Counted from the first letter of the stretch, positions 1 through 10,725 are shown. The stretch is DNA of 64,000 bases from Gemmatimonas sp. (GCA_965279375.1 OZ257156.1:5245735-5309734); one strand, 5' to 3'. Translations and numbers: made by a program. The notes: generated from the sequence alone by a model not told the origin.

Positions 1-1113
1 AGCACGGTGCGCAGCGGAGAGACCGTCGCACGACTCGGCGGCGATGAATTCGCCGTCGTCGTCGAAGCAACGCCTGGCGGCGACCATCCGGAAGCGCTCG
101 CGGAACGACTGCTCCATCTGCTGCGCCGCCCGATCGAGATCAGCGGACGCGAAGTCGTCGTGGGTGTCAGCATCGGCATCGCCACCGCGACCGCGGACGA
201 CGACGCCGAAAGCGTGCTCCGGAACGCGGACACCGCGATGTATGCCGCCAAGGCATCGGGCAAGGCGTGCGTGCGTGTCTTCGATCCGGTCATGCATCAG
301 GACGCGATGGAGTGGCTGGAGCTCGAAGGTGACCTGCGCCTCGCGCTCGAACGCGAAGAGTTCTATCTCGAATTTCACCCGCTTGTTCGCCTCGACAGCG
401 GCAAGGTGCAGGGCTTCGAGGCGCTGATCCGCTGGCATCATCCCACGCGCGGTGTCGTGTCGCCGGCGGGGTTCGTCGGGATCGCCGAGGAGACTGGGCT
501 CATCGTCCCCATCGGACGCTGGGTGCTGCAGGAAGCGTGTCGTCGTGCGATGGAGTGGAACGCACTCAGCGACGATCCACCTTCCGTCAGCGTGAACCTC
601 GCTGCCAAGCAGCTCGACGAAGAGCGCCTCGTCGATGATGTGCGCGAAGCGCTCGCATCGAGCGGACTCGATCCGCGCCGCCTCATCCTGGAAATCACCG
701 AGAGCGACGTGATGCGCGAACCGGAAGTCGCGCGCGTCAAGCTGGAGTCGCTCAAGGCACTCGGCCTGCGGTTGGCGATCGACGATTTCGGTACGGGCTA
801 TTCGTCGCTCAGCTACCTGCAGTATTTCCCGGTGGACGAGCTCAAGATCGACCGTTCATTCATCAGGCGCATCGACGTTGGCGATCGCGATGCGGCGCTC
901 GTGCGCACAATTGTCTCGCTGGCGCGCTCGCTGTCGGTGGAAGTGGTTGCCGAGGGCGTCGAGGAGGAATCGCAGGAGCGCTACCTGCGCGAGATCTCCT
1001 GCGATCTTGGCCAGGGCTACCTGTACAGCAGGCCGCTCCCGGCTGCTGATATCGCCGCGTTTCTGAGCAAGAAGCGTCCGCGCACCAACGCCGAAGTCAC
1101 CGCGCTGCCGTAG
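1..1113 (+). CDS. GGDEF-EAL (diguanylate cyclase/phosphodiesterase) protein, 5' end outside window
   Basis: RLGGDEF motif, ADTAMYAAK, then EAL domain (FEALIRW, LEITES, IDDFGTGYSSLSYL, VAEGVE, QGY); frame open at window start. Confidence 0.95.
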   Translation, partial: STVRSGETVARLGGDEFAVVVEATPGGDHPEALAERLLHLLRRPIEISGREVVVGVSIGIATATADDDAESVLRNADTAMYAAKASGKACVRVFDPVMHQDAMEWLELEGDLRLALEREEFYLEFHPLVRLDSGKVQGFEALIRWHHPTRGVVSPAGFVGIAEETGLIVPIGRWVLQEACRRAMEWNALSDDPPSVSVNLAAKQLDEERLVDDVREALASSGLDPRRLILEITESDVMREPEVARVKLESLKALGLRLAIDDFGTGYSSLSYLQYFPVDELKIDRSFIRRIDVGDRDAALVRTIVSLARSLSVEVVAEGVEEESQERYLREISCDLGQGYLYSRPLPAADIAAFLSKKRPRTNAEVTALP

Positions 1114-1130
1114 ACCGCTCGTAGACCTGC

Positions 1131-3830
1131 TCAGCGACGCTTTCGGTGCCCACCACCGTGACCGCGTCCGCCCTTGCCGCCGTGGCCACCCGGACCGCCA
1201 CGCTTCCCGTGGCGCCCGAACTCACCGCGAACCTCGCGCACGGTGCGCTCACGTTGACGGTCGTCCTGCTCCTCGCGCGAACGCCGCTGTAGCTGCGCCT
1301 GTTCGTCGTCGGTGAATGGCAGGTCCAGCTTCTCCTGCAATGTGAGCAGGTCGTCGGCCCGCACCGAGCCACGCTGTCCGCGGGGGACGACGAAACGGAC
1401 CGGACGATCGAGCACCGGCAGCTCTTCCGGGGCGAGTGTACGCGCCAGCTTCTCGGGTACCTTGAGCCGAACCACACCGAGCAGCCCTGCTGGCGTGTCT
1501 TCAACGTCGTAGTCCATCGCGACCGTGCGATCGCGAATCTCCACCGCGCCCGGGAGCGCGCGTGCTTCGGCTAACTGCGCGTCGCTGATGAACAACCGAC
1601 GGTCGAGTACGAGGGGCAGCGAACGAATCGTCTCCCAATCGCGTGCCTCACCCATCGCCTGCTCGTACCACGCGGTGAGCTCCGCTTGTCCGAGTCGCGG
1701 CGTGGTACCTCGCAGTCGCCGATAGACGTCGCGAATCTCCTCGACGTTCTGCTGATTGCGCCGCACGCCGGAATGTCGGAGTTCACCGCGCGCCGCCGCT
1801 TCGGCCAACAGATGGCGCGCACCGGCCGCGAACTCCATCGGGAATTCGCCCAGTGCCTCACTCTCGCGAGAGAGCTCGAAGCCGAAATAGGTCACCTTGC
1901 GACGCAACAGGACCGGCGCGTGCTTGCGATCGACATCCAGCGCGAGTTCCGGCGCGTGGCGCACGGCGTGCTGCTTGATGAGATCGATCGGCAGCTGCGT
2001 GCCCTCGATCGATGCGCGTGGCACGCCGAATCGGTCAGCGAAGTAGCGCAGCGAGCCGGCCACGGCGCCCCAGCTGCCGCAGACGCTCGTCTTGGAGACG
2101 CGTGCTTCCTGCCCGTCCGCGGTCTGCTCTTCGATGACGAGATCGAACGGCATGAAGCGCGCGACGAGATCGGCGAACTCGCGCAGCGTCTTCTCGCGCG
2201 CGATCGGCATCGACTCGGGGAGCGGCAGACCGACGCTCCGATACACGCTGGCCATCGCCAGCGCTGCATCTTCGAGCGCCTTCACCAGCACACCGCGACG
2301 CTCAGCCCAGAGCGCCACGCGCTCCGGGTCGAACAGATGGCGCGACAGCCCGTACACGTCGCCGATGTAGCCGGCCGCCGTGAACCCTTCCGCGTACAAG
2401 TTGTACGCGGTGAGGTGATCACTGCCACGCAACACCAGCCCTTCGAGATCGCGGTTCTCGCGCGTCATCCGATGCAGCGATTCCACGCCACTCATCACGG
2501 CCAGTACGGGAAGCAGCGCATCGTCGGCATTCACGATCAGCTCGCCCCACGCGCGATCCACCGGCAGCGCTTCCACCGCACGACCGTACTTCGTGAGGCG
2601 GCCATCCTCGATGAGGCCGCGACTCTCGAGATGCGTCACGGCCTTGACGTACGCGCCACGATCCAGCGGCACCGGCAAATCCAGGTCGTCAGCGCGCACG
2701 CCGAGGTCCGCACACGTCAGCGCCACGCGCTGCGAGTCGCCAGCCAACTGGAACTCAGGCGCGGTCGGACGCAGCGCTTCGAAGCGGATATCGCGGTCGC
2801 TCAGGATGTACACGCGGCCCTGCTCAACTCGGCCGTGCACGCGTCCCGCCATCTGCAGAATTTCGTTCGCACCCAAATGCACGCGCGTCAGCACATTGCG
2901 ACCGCGATCGATGACGTTCGTGAATCGCGTATCGTCGATGATGACCGTGTCGAGCCCCGGCACGTTCAGGGCGCTCTGTCCCGCCGCCGTCATCGCCAGA
3001 AAGAACGGCTTGGGGATCGTGCCTTCGAGAAACGGCCGGATCACGCGAATCGGTTCGCCGCCGTGATAGTGCGCGGCCGAGATGCGCGGATAGCGGTGCC
3101 GCACCCATTCTGCCGCTTCCTCGACGCCAGCACGCGTGGGCAGGAAGATCGCCACACCGCGCTCGGAGCGGGCCAACTTGCCCAAAAACTTCTCGTCGAG
3201 AAACGCGAGTGGTTGCTTGCGCTCCACTTCCACCTTCGCCGCCTTCTTGGGATCGAACGCGGACACCTGCAGCACATCGGCGCTGTTCAGATAGCGCGAG
3301 TAGAAGGCCGGATCGACCGTCGCCGAGAGCCAGATGAACCGACAGCCGGTACGCTTGCCAAGCGCGAGACACAGCTCGAGCTCCGCACTCGTCTGATGGA
3401 TCTCGTCCACCACCAACGTGTCCATCGAGGTGATGTCGCCGTCCTGAAACCAGCGACGCGCGATACCGGTGGTGACGATCACGACGTTCCACGACGGCAG
3501 CTCCGGCGGCGCCTCTCGCTCGCGATTCACCACGCCGACTTTGAGCGTGGTTGTGTTGAGAATCGTTTCGGCGATGGGCCGAATCGCGAGCGTCTTTCCC
3601 GTCCCGGTCCCGGCCACGATGCCGAAACCGTGGCCGCTCGACGCCAGCGCGCGCAACTCCGCGCCTTTGGTGCGTTCGAGAAAGGTGTCGAGATGCAGCC
3701 CGACGGCCAGTTCGATCGTCTCGCACGCCGCGCGTGTCGGCGCGATGACGATGACGCGGCCTGTGGACGGTTTGGCCGCGACGAAGGCGTCGCGGTCCTG
3801 CGGGAGATAGCGATCTTGAGGTGTGCGCAC
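1131..3830 (-). CDS. HrpB/HrpA-like DExH-box helicase
   Basis: AGTGTGKT, DEIH, LSAT, FLPTRA, QMAGRVHGR, HA2-like LTKYGRAVEALP, SDHLTAYNLY; basic Gly/Arg tail; GTG start at 3830 chosen over the ORF start at 3899. Confidence 0.88.
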   Translation of the reverse strand: MRTPQDRYLPQDRDAFVAAKPSTGRVIVIAPTRAACETIELAVGLHLDTFLERTKGAELRALASSGHGFGIVAGTGTGKTLAIRPIAETILNTTTLKVGVVNREREAPPELPSWNVVIVTTGIARRWFQDGDITSMDTLVVDEIHQTSAELELCLALGKRTGCRFIWLSATVDPAFYSRYLNSADVLQVSAFDPKKAAKVEVERKQPLAFLDEKFLGKLARSERGVAIFLPTRAGVEEAAEWVRHRYPRISAAHYHGGEPIRVIRPFLEGTIPKPFFLAMTAAGQSALNVPGLDTVIIDDTRFTNVIDRGRNVLTRVHLGANEILQMAGRVHGRVEQGRVYILSDRDIRFEALRPTAPEFQLAGDSQRVALTCADLGVRADDLDLPVPLDRGAYVKAVTHLESRGLIEDGRLTKYGRAVEALPVDRAWGELIVNADDALLPVLAVMSGVESLHRMTRENRDLEGLVLRGSDHLTAYNLYAEGFTAAGYIGDVYGLSRHLFDPERVALWAERRGVLVKALEDAALAMASVYRSVGLPLPESMPIAREKTLREFADLVARFMPFDLVIEEQTADGQEARVSKTSVCGSWGAVAGSLRYFADRFGVPRASIEGTQLPIDLIKQHAVRHAPELALDVDRKHAPVLLRRKVTYFGFELSRESEALGEFPMEFAAGARHLLAEAAARGELRHSGVRRNQQNVEEIRDVYRRLRGTTPRLGQAELTAWYEQAMGEARDWETIRSLPLVLDRRLFISDAQLAEARALPGAVEIRDRTVAMDYDVEDTPAGLLGVVRLKVPEKLARTLAPEELPVLDRPVRFVVPRGQRGSVRADDLLTLQEKLDLPFTDDEQAQLQRRSREEQDDRQRERTVREVRGEFGRHGKRGGPGGHGGKGGRGHGGGHRKRR

Positions 3831-3915
3831 GCTGCAACTTACTCCGGGTATACAATCCGGGCGAACGGCCGCATCTTTGGGGCGTTCTCCACCACGCACT
3901 TACCGGGATGCCTGC

Positions 3916-4215
3916 ATGCTATTTGCCAACGACTCGAGCGCGCGCGCCGAATGGGTGCAGGTGGCGTCGTATTCCACCGGACTCGAAGCCGACATCGCAC
4001 GAAGCGCGCTCGAGCTTGCTGACATTCCGGTCCTGGTGCGTAGCGACTCGCCCGGCATCTTTGGCTTGGCGTTTCAGGGAGTCGTCGCCGGCGGCGTACG
4101 ACTGCACGTTCCCTCACCCGAAGTCGAGCGCGCGCAGGCGGTGCTGGCCGAGTTCAAGGCGCGCCATCTGTCGCTCGTGGACGATGACGAGGATGTCGAT
4201 GCCCGCAGCGCGTGA
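3916..4215 (+). CDS. DUF2007-like small protein
   Basis: EADIARSALELADIPVLV...GVRLHVP...ERAQAVL pattern typical of DUF2007. Confidence 0.75.
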   Translation: MLFANDSSARAEWVQVASYSTGLEADIARSALELADIPVLVRSDSPGIFGLAFQGVVAGGVRLHVPSPEVERAQAVLAEFKARHLSLVDDDEDVDARSA

Positions 4216-4558
4216 CGACTACATCCTCCGACTGATCCAGCAAGCCGCCGCTGCACTGCGGCGCTTTCGGGAGCGGCTCGGCTCCGGTGACTCCATCGGC
4301 GACGTCAACACCGATGTCGCATCCGCGATCGGCACGCTACTCGGCCCACAGCGCATGATGCTCGAACGACTCGATGGCTGGTCGGCCGCGAATCTGCTCG
4401 GCGATCCGGAGCGCGTGTTTCTGTGGGCCGAGATGGTGCGGCTGCAGTCGGATCTGGAGCGCGCCGCCGGTCGCGACGCACAGGCCGATACGCTGGCGGC
4501 TCGAGCCGCAGAGTTGGCCAAGCATGGCACACCACTTCGACGCACCAACGATGACTGA
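4199..4558 (+). CDS. conserved hypothetical helical protein (DUF6483-like)
   Basis: DYILRLIQQ N-terminal motif; overlaps both neighbours in an operon-like arrangement. Confidence 0.6.
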   Translation: MPAARDDYILRLIQQAAAALRRFRERLGSGDSIGDVNTDVASAIGTLLGPQRMMLERLDGWSAANLLGDPERVFLWAEMVRLQSDLERAAGRDAQADTLAARAAELAKHGTPLRRTNDD

Positions 4559-5126
4559 AGACGCAGTGCGCTGCCCATGGCCCTCCAAACCGCTCGATGT
4601 CGCGTACCACGACGCCGAATGGGGGGTACCGGTGCACGATGACCGCGTTCGCTTCGAGTTTCTTACGCTCGAAGGCGCGCAGGCAGGACTGAGCTGGTCC
4701 ACCGTGCTGGCCAAGCGCGAAAACTATCGCCGCGCCTTTCTCGACTGGGACGTGGCAGCCATCGCGCGCTTTACCGACAAGGACATCGACCGACTCATGC
4801 TCGATGCCGGCCTCATTCGACATCGCGGCAAACTCGCGAGCACGGTCTCGAATGCGCAGGCGTTCCTGCGCGTGCAACAGGAGTTTGGCTCGTTCGATGC
4901 GTATGTGTGGCCATTCGTGGGCGGCACGCCGCGCCAGAACGCCTTCCGGCAGATGCGTGACGTGCCGGCGCGTACCCCGGAATCCGATGCATTGAGCAAG
5001 GATCTGCTCAAGCGCGGATTCAAGTTCGTCGGCTCAACCATCTGTTACGCGTACATGCAGGCCACCGGCATGGTGAACGACCACCTCATTGCCTGCTATC
5101 GGTACGGAGCGGTCAGCACGCGCTGA
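4551..5126 (+). CDS. tag: DNA-3-methyladenine glycosylase I
   Basis: RCPW...YHDAEWG, LEGAQAGLSW, KRGFKFVGSTICYAYMQATGMVNDHLIAC. Confidence 0.96.
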   Translation: MTEDAVRCPWPSKPLDVAYHDAEWGVPVHDDRVRFEFLTLEGAQAGLSWSTVLAKRENYRRAFLDWDVAAIARFTDKDIDRLMLDAGLIRHRGKLASTVSNAQAFLRVQQEFGSFDAYVWPFVGGTPRQNAFRQMRDVPARTPESDALSKDLLKRGFKFVGSTICYAYMQATGMVNDHLIACYRYGAVSTR

Positions 5127-5148
5127 CCGCTCCATCCGACCCGCCAAA

Positions 5149-7239
5149 TCAGAACGCGGCCAGCAACGCCTCGGCGTCGGAATCTTCGCGCGCCGACGAC
5201 TGCTCGGTTGCACGAACCCTCGGCTGCGATGCGCGTGTCTGCTGCTTCTTTGGTACAGCTTTCGACGCGGCGGACGCGCGATGCGGCCTGTGCGTTTGGG
5301 TCTGCCCGCCGATCTCGAACGTCTCGACCATGCTGGTCAGAGTGAGTGCCTGACCGGCCAGCTCTTCCGATGCACTTGCCGACTCCTCGGCGTTCGCTGC
5401 CACTTGCTGCGTGACTGAATTGAGCTGTTCGACCGCCGCGTTGATCTGCTGCACGCCGTCGGTCAGCTGCTCACCCGCGGTGGCGATGGACGCGATCACT
5501 TCTCGCACCTTGTGCACTTCGCCATCGATTTCGCCGAGCCGGGTGACTACCTCGGCGTTGAGCACCACTCCGCGTGCCACAACTAGCCCGCTCTCATCGA
5601 TCAGTGTCGAGGTGGTGCGCGCCGCATCGGCGCTGCGAATCGCAAGCTGCCGGACTTCGTCGGCCACCACAGCGAACCCACGGCCGGCGTCACCAGCACG
5701 CGCCGCTTCAACCGCGGCATTGAGCGCGAGCAGGTTGGTCTGGAAGGCGATCTCGTCGATCGTCTTCACGATCCGCGCCGTCTGATCGCTGGAGGACTTG
5801 ATCTGATCCATGGCCGCCGACAGCTGCTCCATGCTCGTCCGTCCCAGCGCCACGCGTTCGCGCGCGCTATCCGCCATCTCGCGCGCCTGCCGCGCATCGC
5901 GCGCGGTCTGCTGCGTGGACGCGGTCATCTCGTTCAAGCTCGACGAAACCTCTTCCAGTGATGACGCCTGCTCCGAGGAGCCCTGCGCCAGCGACTGACT
6001 GCCCGACGCGATCTGCTGACCCGCCGAAGACACCTGCTCCGCTCCAACCCGCACCTGCGCCATCGCATCTTCGAGCGTTTCGGCGGCCGTATTGATGGAA
6101 TCCTTCATGCGCGCGAAGTCACCAGCGTATTGCCCCATCACGCGCGCCGTCAGGTCGCGCTCAGCGACGCGTGCCATCACCGCCGAGGCTTCGTTGATCG
6201 GCGTCACCACCGCGTCGAGCGTGTCGTTGATTCCCTTGACCAGTTCCCGATACGAACCTTGGAACTGCGACGCATTGCCCCGCGTCGAGAGCTGGCCCGC
6301 CGTCGCGGCCGAGACGAGCGTCGTCGTCTCCGTCACCAGCAGCTGCATCGTCGCACGCAGCGTCACGAAGGCCTGTCCCAGTGCGTCGCGCTCACCGCGT
6401 GCCGCGACGGCAACGGTCACGTCGCCCGCACCCATCGCCGTCGCGACGGCCGCGAGCAGCTTCTGTGATTCCACCATGCGCTGCATCGCAACCGCGAGCT
6501 GCCCCAGTTCATCCGTGCTGGCGATGGCAATTGTCTGTTGCACGTCTCCAAGCGCGATCGCATCAGCCACGTGCCTGAGCTCCGTGACCGATCGCACGAT
6601 CGGTCGCGTGATCCCGACCGCCGCCACGATCGCCAGCGCGAGCGCAAACACGACGAGGCCCGCGAGAATGGCTAAGCTGCGCGAGTAGTTCGAATCGGCT
6701 TCCGCGACTGCAGCGCTCATCATCGCCAGCTTGTCGGCGGAGAGCTCATCGAAGCCGACGTCGATCGAATCTGCCTGTGCGCGAATGCTTGCCAGCCGAC
6801 CACGCGCACCCACGTCATCTCCGGCACGCGCCAGCGCGACGACCGCATCCTGCTCCGGCCGCAGCCGCCTAACGGATGCCAGTACCGCCGCCGCCGACGC
6901 CTTGGTCGCCGGCTTTACGATTTGCGACTGAAAGTTCGCGTATGCCGCGTTGAACGCAGAGTCGTACGCGACGATGTCCGCCGTGCGCTTGTCCACCGCC
7001 TCGGCGTTCTCGTCGAGAATCGCGTTGCGAACGGCGCGCGATATCTGGACGAACTGCACGTTGGCTTCCTTGAGCTGCAACGCAGGTAACGCGTGCTTCG
7101 TGTTCAGATCGACGAGAAGGCCATTGATCTTTCGTGCGGTGACAATGCCCTCAGCACCCACCACAGCCAGCAACATCGCGATTGTGCCGAAGCCGAATGC
7201 CAGCTTACGACCAATCGACAGATTTGAGAACCAACGCAT
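5149..7239 (-). CDS. methyl-accepting chemotaxis protein (4HB sensor, poly-HAMP)
   Basis: two TM helices, HAMP (STDELGQL), signalling hairpin [45 protein letters not shown] before ATG 7239. Confidence 0.96.
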   Translation of the reverse strand: MRWFSNLSIGRKLAFGFGTIAMLLAVVGAEGIVTARKINGLLVDLNTKHALPALQLKEANVQFVQISRAVRNAILDENAEAVDKRTADIVAYDSAFNAAYANFQSQIVKPATKASAAAVLASVRRLRPEQDAVVALARAGDDVGARGRLASIRAQADSIDVGFDELSADKLAMMSAAVAEADSNYSRSLAILAGLVVFALALAIVAAVGITRPIVRSVTELRHVADAIALGDVQQTIAIASTDELGQLAVAMQRMVESQKLLAAVATAMGAGDVTVAVAARGERDALGQAFVTLRATMQLLVTETTTLVSAATAGQLSTRGNASQFQGSYRELVKGINDTLDAVVTPINEASAVMARVAERDLTARVMGQYAGDFARMKDSINTAAETLEDAMAQVRVGAEQVSSAGQQIASGSQSLAQGSSEQASSLEEVSSSLNEMTASTQQTARDARQAREMADSARERVALGRTSMEQLSAAMDQIKSSSDQTARIVKTIDEIAFQTNLLALNAAVEAARAGDAGRGFAVVADEVRQLAIRSADAARTTSTLIDESGLVVARGVVLNAEVVTRLGEIDGEVHKVREVIASIATAGEQLTDGVQQINAAVEQLNSVTQQVAANAEESASASEELAGQALTLTSMVETFEIGGQTQTHRPHRASAASKAVPKKQQTRASQPRVRATEQSSAREDSDAEALLAAF

Positions 7240-7412
7240 GCCGTCTCCTGTGGCACAGCACCCCCAGGCGGCCTTCATGCATGCGTTGTCGCACGGCTAT
7301 GCGCGGTCGTCATCGTCCGCGAGCTCTATGCCTCGGGGGGCTGTTGATGGGCTGACAGTGTCGGCCGTCGTCCAGCATTAGTTCACGGCATTTCCCCTAC
7401 TTCGTGCGAATG

Positions 7413-8393
7413 CTACCGCTGCAGCAGCTTCACTCGCTGGCCACCGCGGAAAATCTCCACGCGATCGGCCAGTCCGTCCTTGTTGACGTCGGTCCACACC
7501 TGGAGAAGCTCTCCGGCCTGATCGAGGAAGATGGCGCGCCACGGCGTACCGCCACGTCCCTGATCGGGAACACGGAGCTGGAACTCGTTGGTACCGAGCC
7601 ACGTCATCACTTCGCTGCTGGGGCGCCCCTGGATGACGTCCAGCGCGGACGTCATGCGCGGCAACACCTGCGGGTAGGCCTGCGAGGCAAACGCCGGCAG
7701 ATCGTCACAGCGTCCGTCCTTGTCCTTGTCGAGACACGTCGGCGTCCCGAAGCGCAGATCGTCGCACCAGCCATCCCCATCGCGATCGAGGCATACCGTG
7801 GACCCCTGCCCCGGTGGTCGCACGTTGGGGTTGTTGTTGAAGTAGCGCGGGTCGTTGATCGCGCCGGTACCCACGATGGTGCCGTTCGGGCTGACGTACC
7901 CGCTGTATGACCCCATGGCCCCAGACTGTGACGGCGGCATGACCGGATACGACGAAGCCGGCGAAATCGCCGGCCTGTCTCCGAACAGCTGCTCGTCCGT
8001 CACCTTCTTGCTTTCGAAGTTGTCTCGCGCGTAGCGCGGGTCAACCTGCGGCGGATCTGGTGGAACGAGCGGCGGAAGCTTTTTCTCGTTCGGTCGGGCG
8101 AACCCCTTGATCACCGGATCCGGCAGACGGCTTCGGGAGCCCTTCACTTCCTCACCGTAGATCACCCGCCCGTTCGCTGACTTGTTGCGTACCGCGGTCG
8201 CGCAGTCGGTCGGCGCGGGCTGCTGCTGCGCCGGCACGCCATCCACCCACACGCGGCACATTCCGGCCGGCGGACGATACGCCGCAGGAATTGAATCAGC
8301 CTTGGTCGGACGAGGCTGCGCGTGCGCCACGGAGGCGGACGCGAGACCAATCGCGAGCGAGACGTTCAGGGCAAGCAGGACTCGACGGGACAT
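7413..8393 (-). CDS. secreted hypothetical protein with Pro/Cys motif and DxDxDG Ca-binding-like loops
   Basis: signal peptide ending AHA; PPAGMCRVW...PTDC; CLDRDGDGWCDD, CLDKDKDGRCDD, DVNKDGLAD; GGAGG RBS. Confidence 0.75.
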   Translation of the reverse strand: MSRRVLLALNVSLAIGLASASVAHAQPRPTKADSIPAAYRPPAGMCRVWVDGVPAQQQPAPTDCATAVRNKSANGRVIYGEEVKGSRSRLPDPVIKGFARPNEKKLPPLVPPDPPQVDPRYARDNFESKKVTDEQLFGDRPAISPASSYPVMPPSQSGAMGSYSGYVSPNGTIVGTGAINDPRYFNNNPNVRPPGQGSTVCLDRDGDGWCDDLRFGTPTCLDKDKDGRCDDLPAFASQAYPQVLPRMTSALDVIQGRPSSEVMTWLGTNEFQLRVPDQGRGGTPWRAIFLDQAGELLQVWTDVNKDGLADRVEIFRGGQRVKLLQR

Positions 8394-8647
8394 CACTTCC
8401 TCCAGCGGGAACTCACACCGCGTGCCACGAGCGTGACAACGGCTTTCCGACATCCCCTGAGAGAGCAGGGTCTGTGCCAATCAAGACGGTTCAGAGCGCG
8501 TGACGGCACGCTGCGCCATAAGTATCGGCAGGACATGGGGCTGCGAACAGGGGGGGAGCTCCCGTACTCCGGGTCGGGCGCCGAGTTCCGACGCCCGACG
8601 TCTCACGCGACAGACAGTACACGTCCCTGTGTAGAGACGCCGCGTCG

Positions 8648-9727
8648 TCAGTCGCCGAAGCTGATGCCGATCATGCGCGCGGCCTGCACGACGTCGTGCG
8701 CCGGATCGACACGCTTGGTCTCCGCCAGTACCTCTTCGATCGGAATCGTGACGAGATGCGGCGACTGCAGGGCGACCATGTGCCCCCAGCGCTTGTCCGC
8801 GATCGCCTGCACGGCCGCCGCGCCGAAGCGCGTCGCCAGCAAGCGGTCGTAGCCCGTTGGCGCGCCACCACGCTGCAGGTGACCCAGCACCATGGAGCGA
8901 GTTTCCTTGCCGGTGCGCTGCTGAATGTCATAGCCCAGACGCTCGGCGATCCCCCCGAGACGGCGGTCCTGACCGGGGAGCGAGGCACCGATGATGGAGT
9001 TGGTCCCACCGCGCGGCTTGGCGCCCTCGGCGACGACCACGATGCTGAAGCGGCGACCGGCCGCATCGCGCGCCATGATCTTCTCGCACACGGCCTCGAT
9101 GTCCCACTCGATTTCGGGAATGAGGATGACGTCGGCCGTGCCGGCGACACCGGCGTGCAGCGCGATAAAGCCCGCGTCGCGCCCCATCACCTCCAGCACC
9201 ATCACCCGGTCATGCGACTCCGCCGTGGTGTGCAGCTTGTCGATCGCTTCGAGGGCCGTGTTGACGGCGGTGTCGAAGCCGAACGTGGTCACCGTGCAGG
9301 CGACGTCGTTGTCGATGGTCTTGGGCACGCTGACGATGCGCATTCCCTTGGCCGCGAGCTGCGACGCGATCTTGAGGGAGCCGTCGCCACCGATGGAGAT
9401 GATCGCTTCGATGCCCAGGTTTCGGGCGTTCTCGACGAGTTCATCGGAGCGATCGATCTCCTTGTACGTCCCGTCGCGCTGGAGAATCGGATACGCGAAT
9501 GGGCTTCCACGATTGGTGGTGCGCAGGATGGTGCCGCCGGTGCCGGCGATCCCGCTGACGCTTTCTGCCGTGAGCGGAATGACTTCGTCTTCGCCGAGGA
9601 GCCCGGCGTAACCGCGCTTGATGCCGAGTACGTCCCAGCCGCGGGAGCGGGCAGAGAGGACAGCGGCACGGATAACGGCGTTGAGTCCGGGGGCGTCACC
9701 GCCACCGGTTGAAAGTGCAATGCGCAT
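8648..9727 (-). CDS. pfkA: 6-phosphofructokinase (PfkA family)
   Basis: GGGDAPGLNAVIR, GGTIL, IGGDGS, PKTIDND, EVMGRDAG, LGHLQRGG. Confidence 0.96.
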   Translation of the reverse strand: MRIALSTGGGDAPGLNAVIRAAVLSARSRGWDVLGIKRGYAGLLGEDEVIPLTAESVSGIAGTGGTILRTTNRGSPFAYPILQRDGTYKEIDRSDELVENARNLGIEAIISIGGDGSLKIASQLAAKGMRIVSVPKTIDNDVACTVTTFGFDTAVNTALEAIDKLHTTAESHDRVMVLEVMGRDAGFIALHAGVAGTADVILIPEIEWDIEAVCEKIMARDAAGRRFSIVVVAEGAKPRGGTNSIIGASLPGQDRRLGGIAERLGYDIQQRTGKETRSMVLGHLQRGGAPTGYDRLLATRFGAAAVQAIADKRWGHMVALQSPHLVTIPIEEVLAETKRVDPAHDVVQAARMIGISFGD

Positions 9728-9807
9728 GTCGGATGGTGCGTGTGTTGGAGGCTTCGTAGGGCCTTGGCGTGAGTTTGAATCAATGTACCGCAGGGACGGC
9801 CCGCCGC

Positions 9808-10158
9808 TCAGGGGAGGGACGAACCGGGAGGCCGTACGGCGACGCCAGCGGCGGCCGCCAGCTGGCGCACGATGGTGTCCTGGTAGGCCGCGGCGGCACG
9901 CAGCGAGTCGATCTGCGCCTGAAGGTCCGCGTTCTCCTCGCGCAGCTGCACGACCATGTTCCCTATGTCGATGACGGCCTGACTGGTGGACATGTCACCA
10001 CCCCCGCTGGGCAGTCCTTTGCACGAGGCGACGAGCGGGCCGAGCAGCAGCAGCGCGATCCACGGCGCGCGCCCGCGATGCACGCCGCTGTGCGTTCCGT
10101 TGGCCGAGGCATCGGCCGGGAGGGTGCCGGCCGCGGACGTGCGCGCGATAGGGTGCAT
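9808..10158 (-). CDS. small coiled-coil lipoprotein, hypothetical
   Basis: hydrophobic stretch plus lipobox-like VASC; heptad LREENADLQAQIDSLR. Confidence 0.65.
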   Translation of the reverse strand: MHPIARTSAAGTLPADASANGTHSGVHRGRAPWIALLLLGPLVASCKGLPSGGGDMSTSQAVIDIGNMVVQLREENADLQAQIDSLRAAAAYQDTIVRQLAAAAGVAVRPPGSSLP

Positions 10159-10243
10159 GGAATTGCTCGGTGGCGCGGCGTTTCGATGATGAGGCGCAGG
10201 GGGTGCGGTGTGATATAGCCAGCAACCCCAGCGGACGGAACGT

Positions 10244-10690
10244 ATGACAGTCTTGCAGCGCCCCCCTCGCGCGCGCCGTGGCTACACGCTTGTCGAACAG
10301 CTGGTGCTGCTCGCGCTGAGCGGCACGCTGCTCGGGCTGGGTGTGGTCGGCGGAGGCCGCCTGCTGGACGCAGCCGCGGTGCGATCGGCGGCGAGCGACG
10401 TGGCTGACGTATTCGCCGTCGCGCGCGATCAGGCAACGGCAACCGGACAGCGGACGGCGGTGCGGATCAGCGCGCCGGAGGGGCGAGTCGTGGTCCACGC
10501 CGACATCGACACGTTGTTGAGGCTCGAGCTGCTGTCGACGCGCGGAATATCGGTGGAGACGACGCGCGATTCGATGGCCTACAGCGCGTCAGGGCTGGGC
10601 TACGGCGCGTCGAACCTGCGTGTGGTGGTGCGGCGCGGGAGCAGCGCCGACACGGTGTCGGTGTCGCGTTTGGGGCGCGTCCGCCGATGA
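10244..10690 (+). CDS. prepilin-like (FimT/GspH-type) protein
   Basis: class III signal RRG|YTLVE plus hydrophobic helix; ARDQA...G; C-terminal VSRLGRVR. Confidence 0.8.
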   Translation: MTVLQRPPRARRGYTLVEQLVLLALSGTLLGLGVVGGGRLLDAAAVRSAASDVADVFAVARDQATATGQRTAVRISAPEGRVVVHADIDTLLRLELLSTRGISVETTRDSMAYSASGLGYGASNLRVVVRRGSSADTVSVSRLGRVRR

Positions 10691-10725
10691 ACTCGGAGAC
10701 TCGACGCGCGCCCAACCCGGTTGGC

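Noticed and set aside
1686..4022. 778-aa plus-strand ORF, and similar long antisense ORFs at 10687-12462, 17521-19752, 20064-21380, 29667-31049, 39170-40486, 43524-45020, 53681-54982
   Set aside because: Shadow ORFs opposite well-supported genes; expected in high-GC DNA with strong codon bias; no recognisable motifs.
7255..7400. Possible sigma28 promoter (TGAA-N16-GCCGACAC) and long-range hairpin in the MCP 5' region
   Set aside because: The -35 match and spacing are imperfect; no c-di-GMP riboswitch consensus; not separable from chance GC pairing by eye.
8573..8599. Hairpin GTCGGGCG...CGCCCGAC downstream of pfkA
   Set aside because: No U-tract and no second copy seen, so it cannot be called a terminator or REP.
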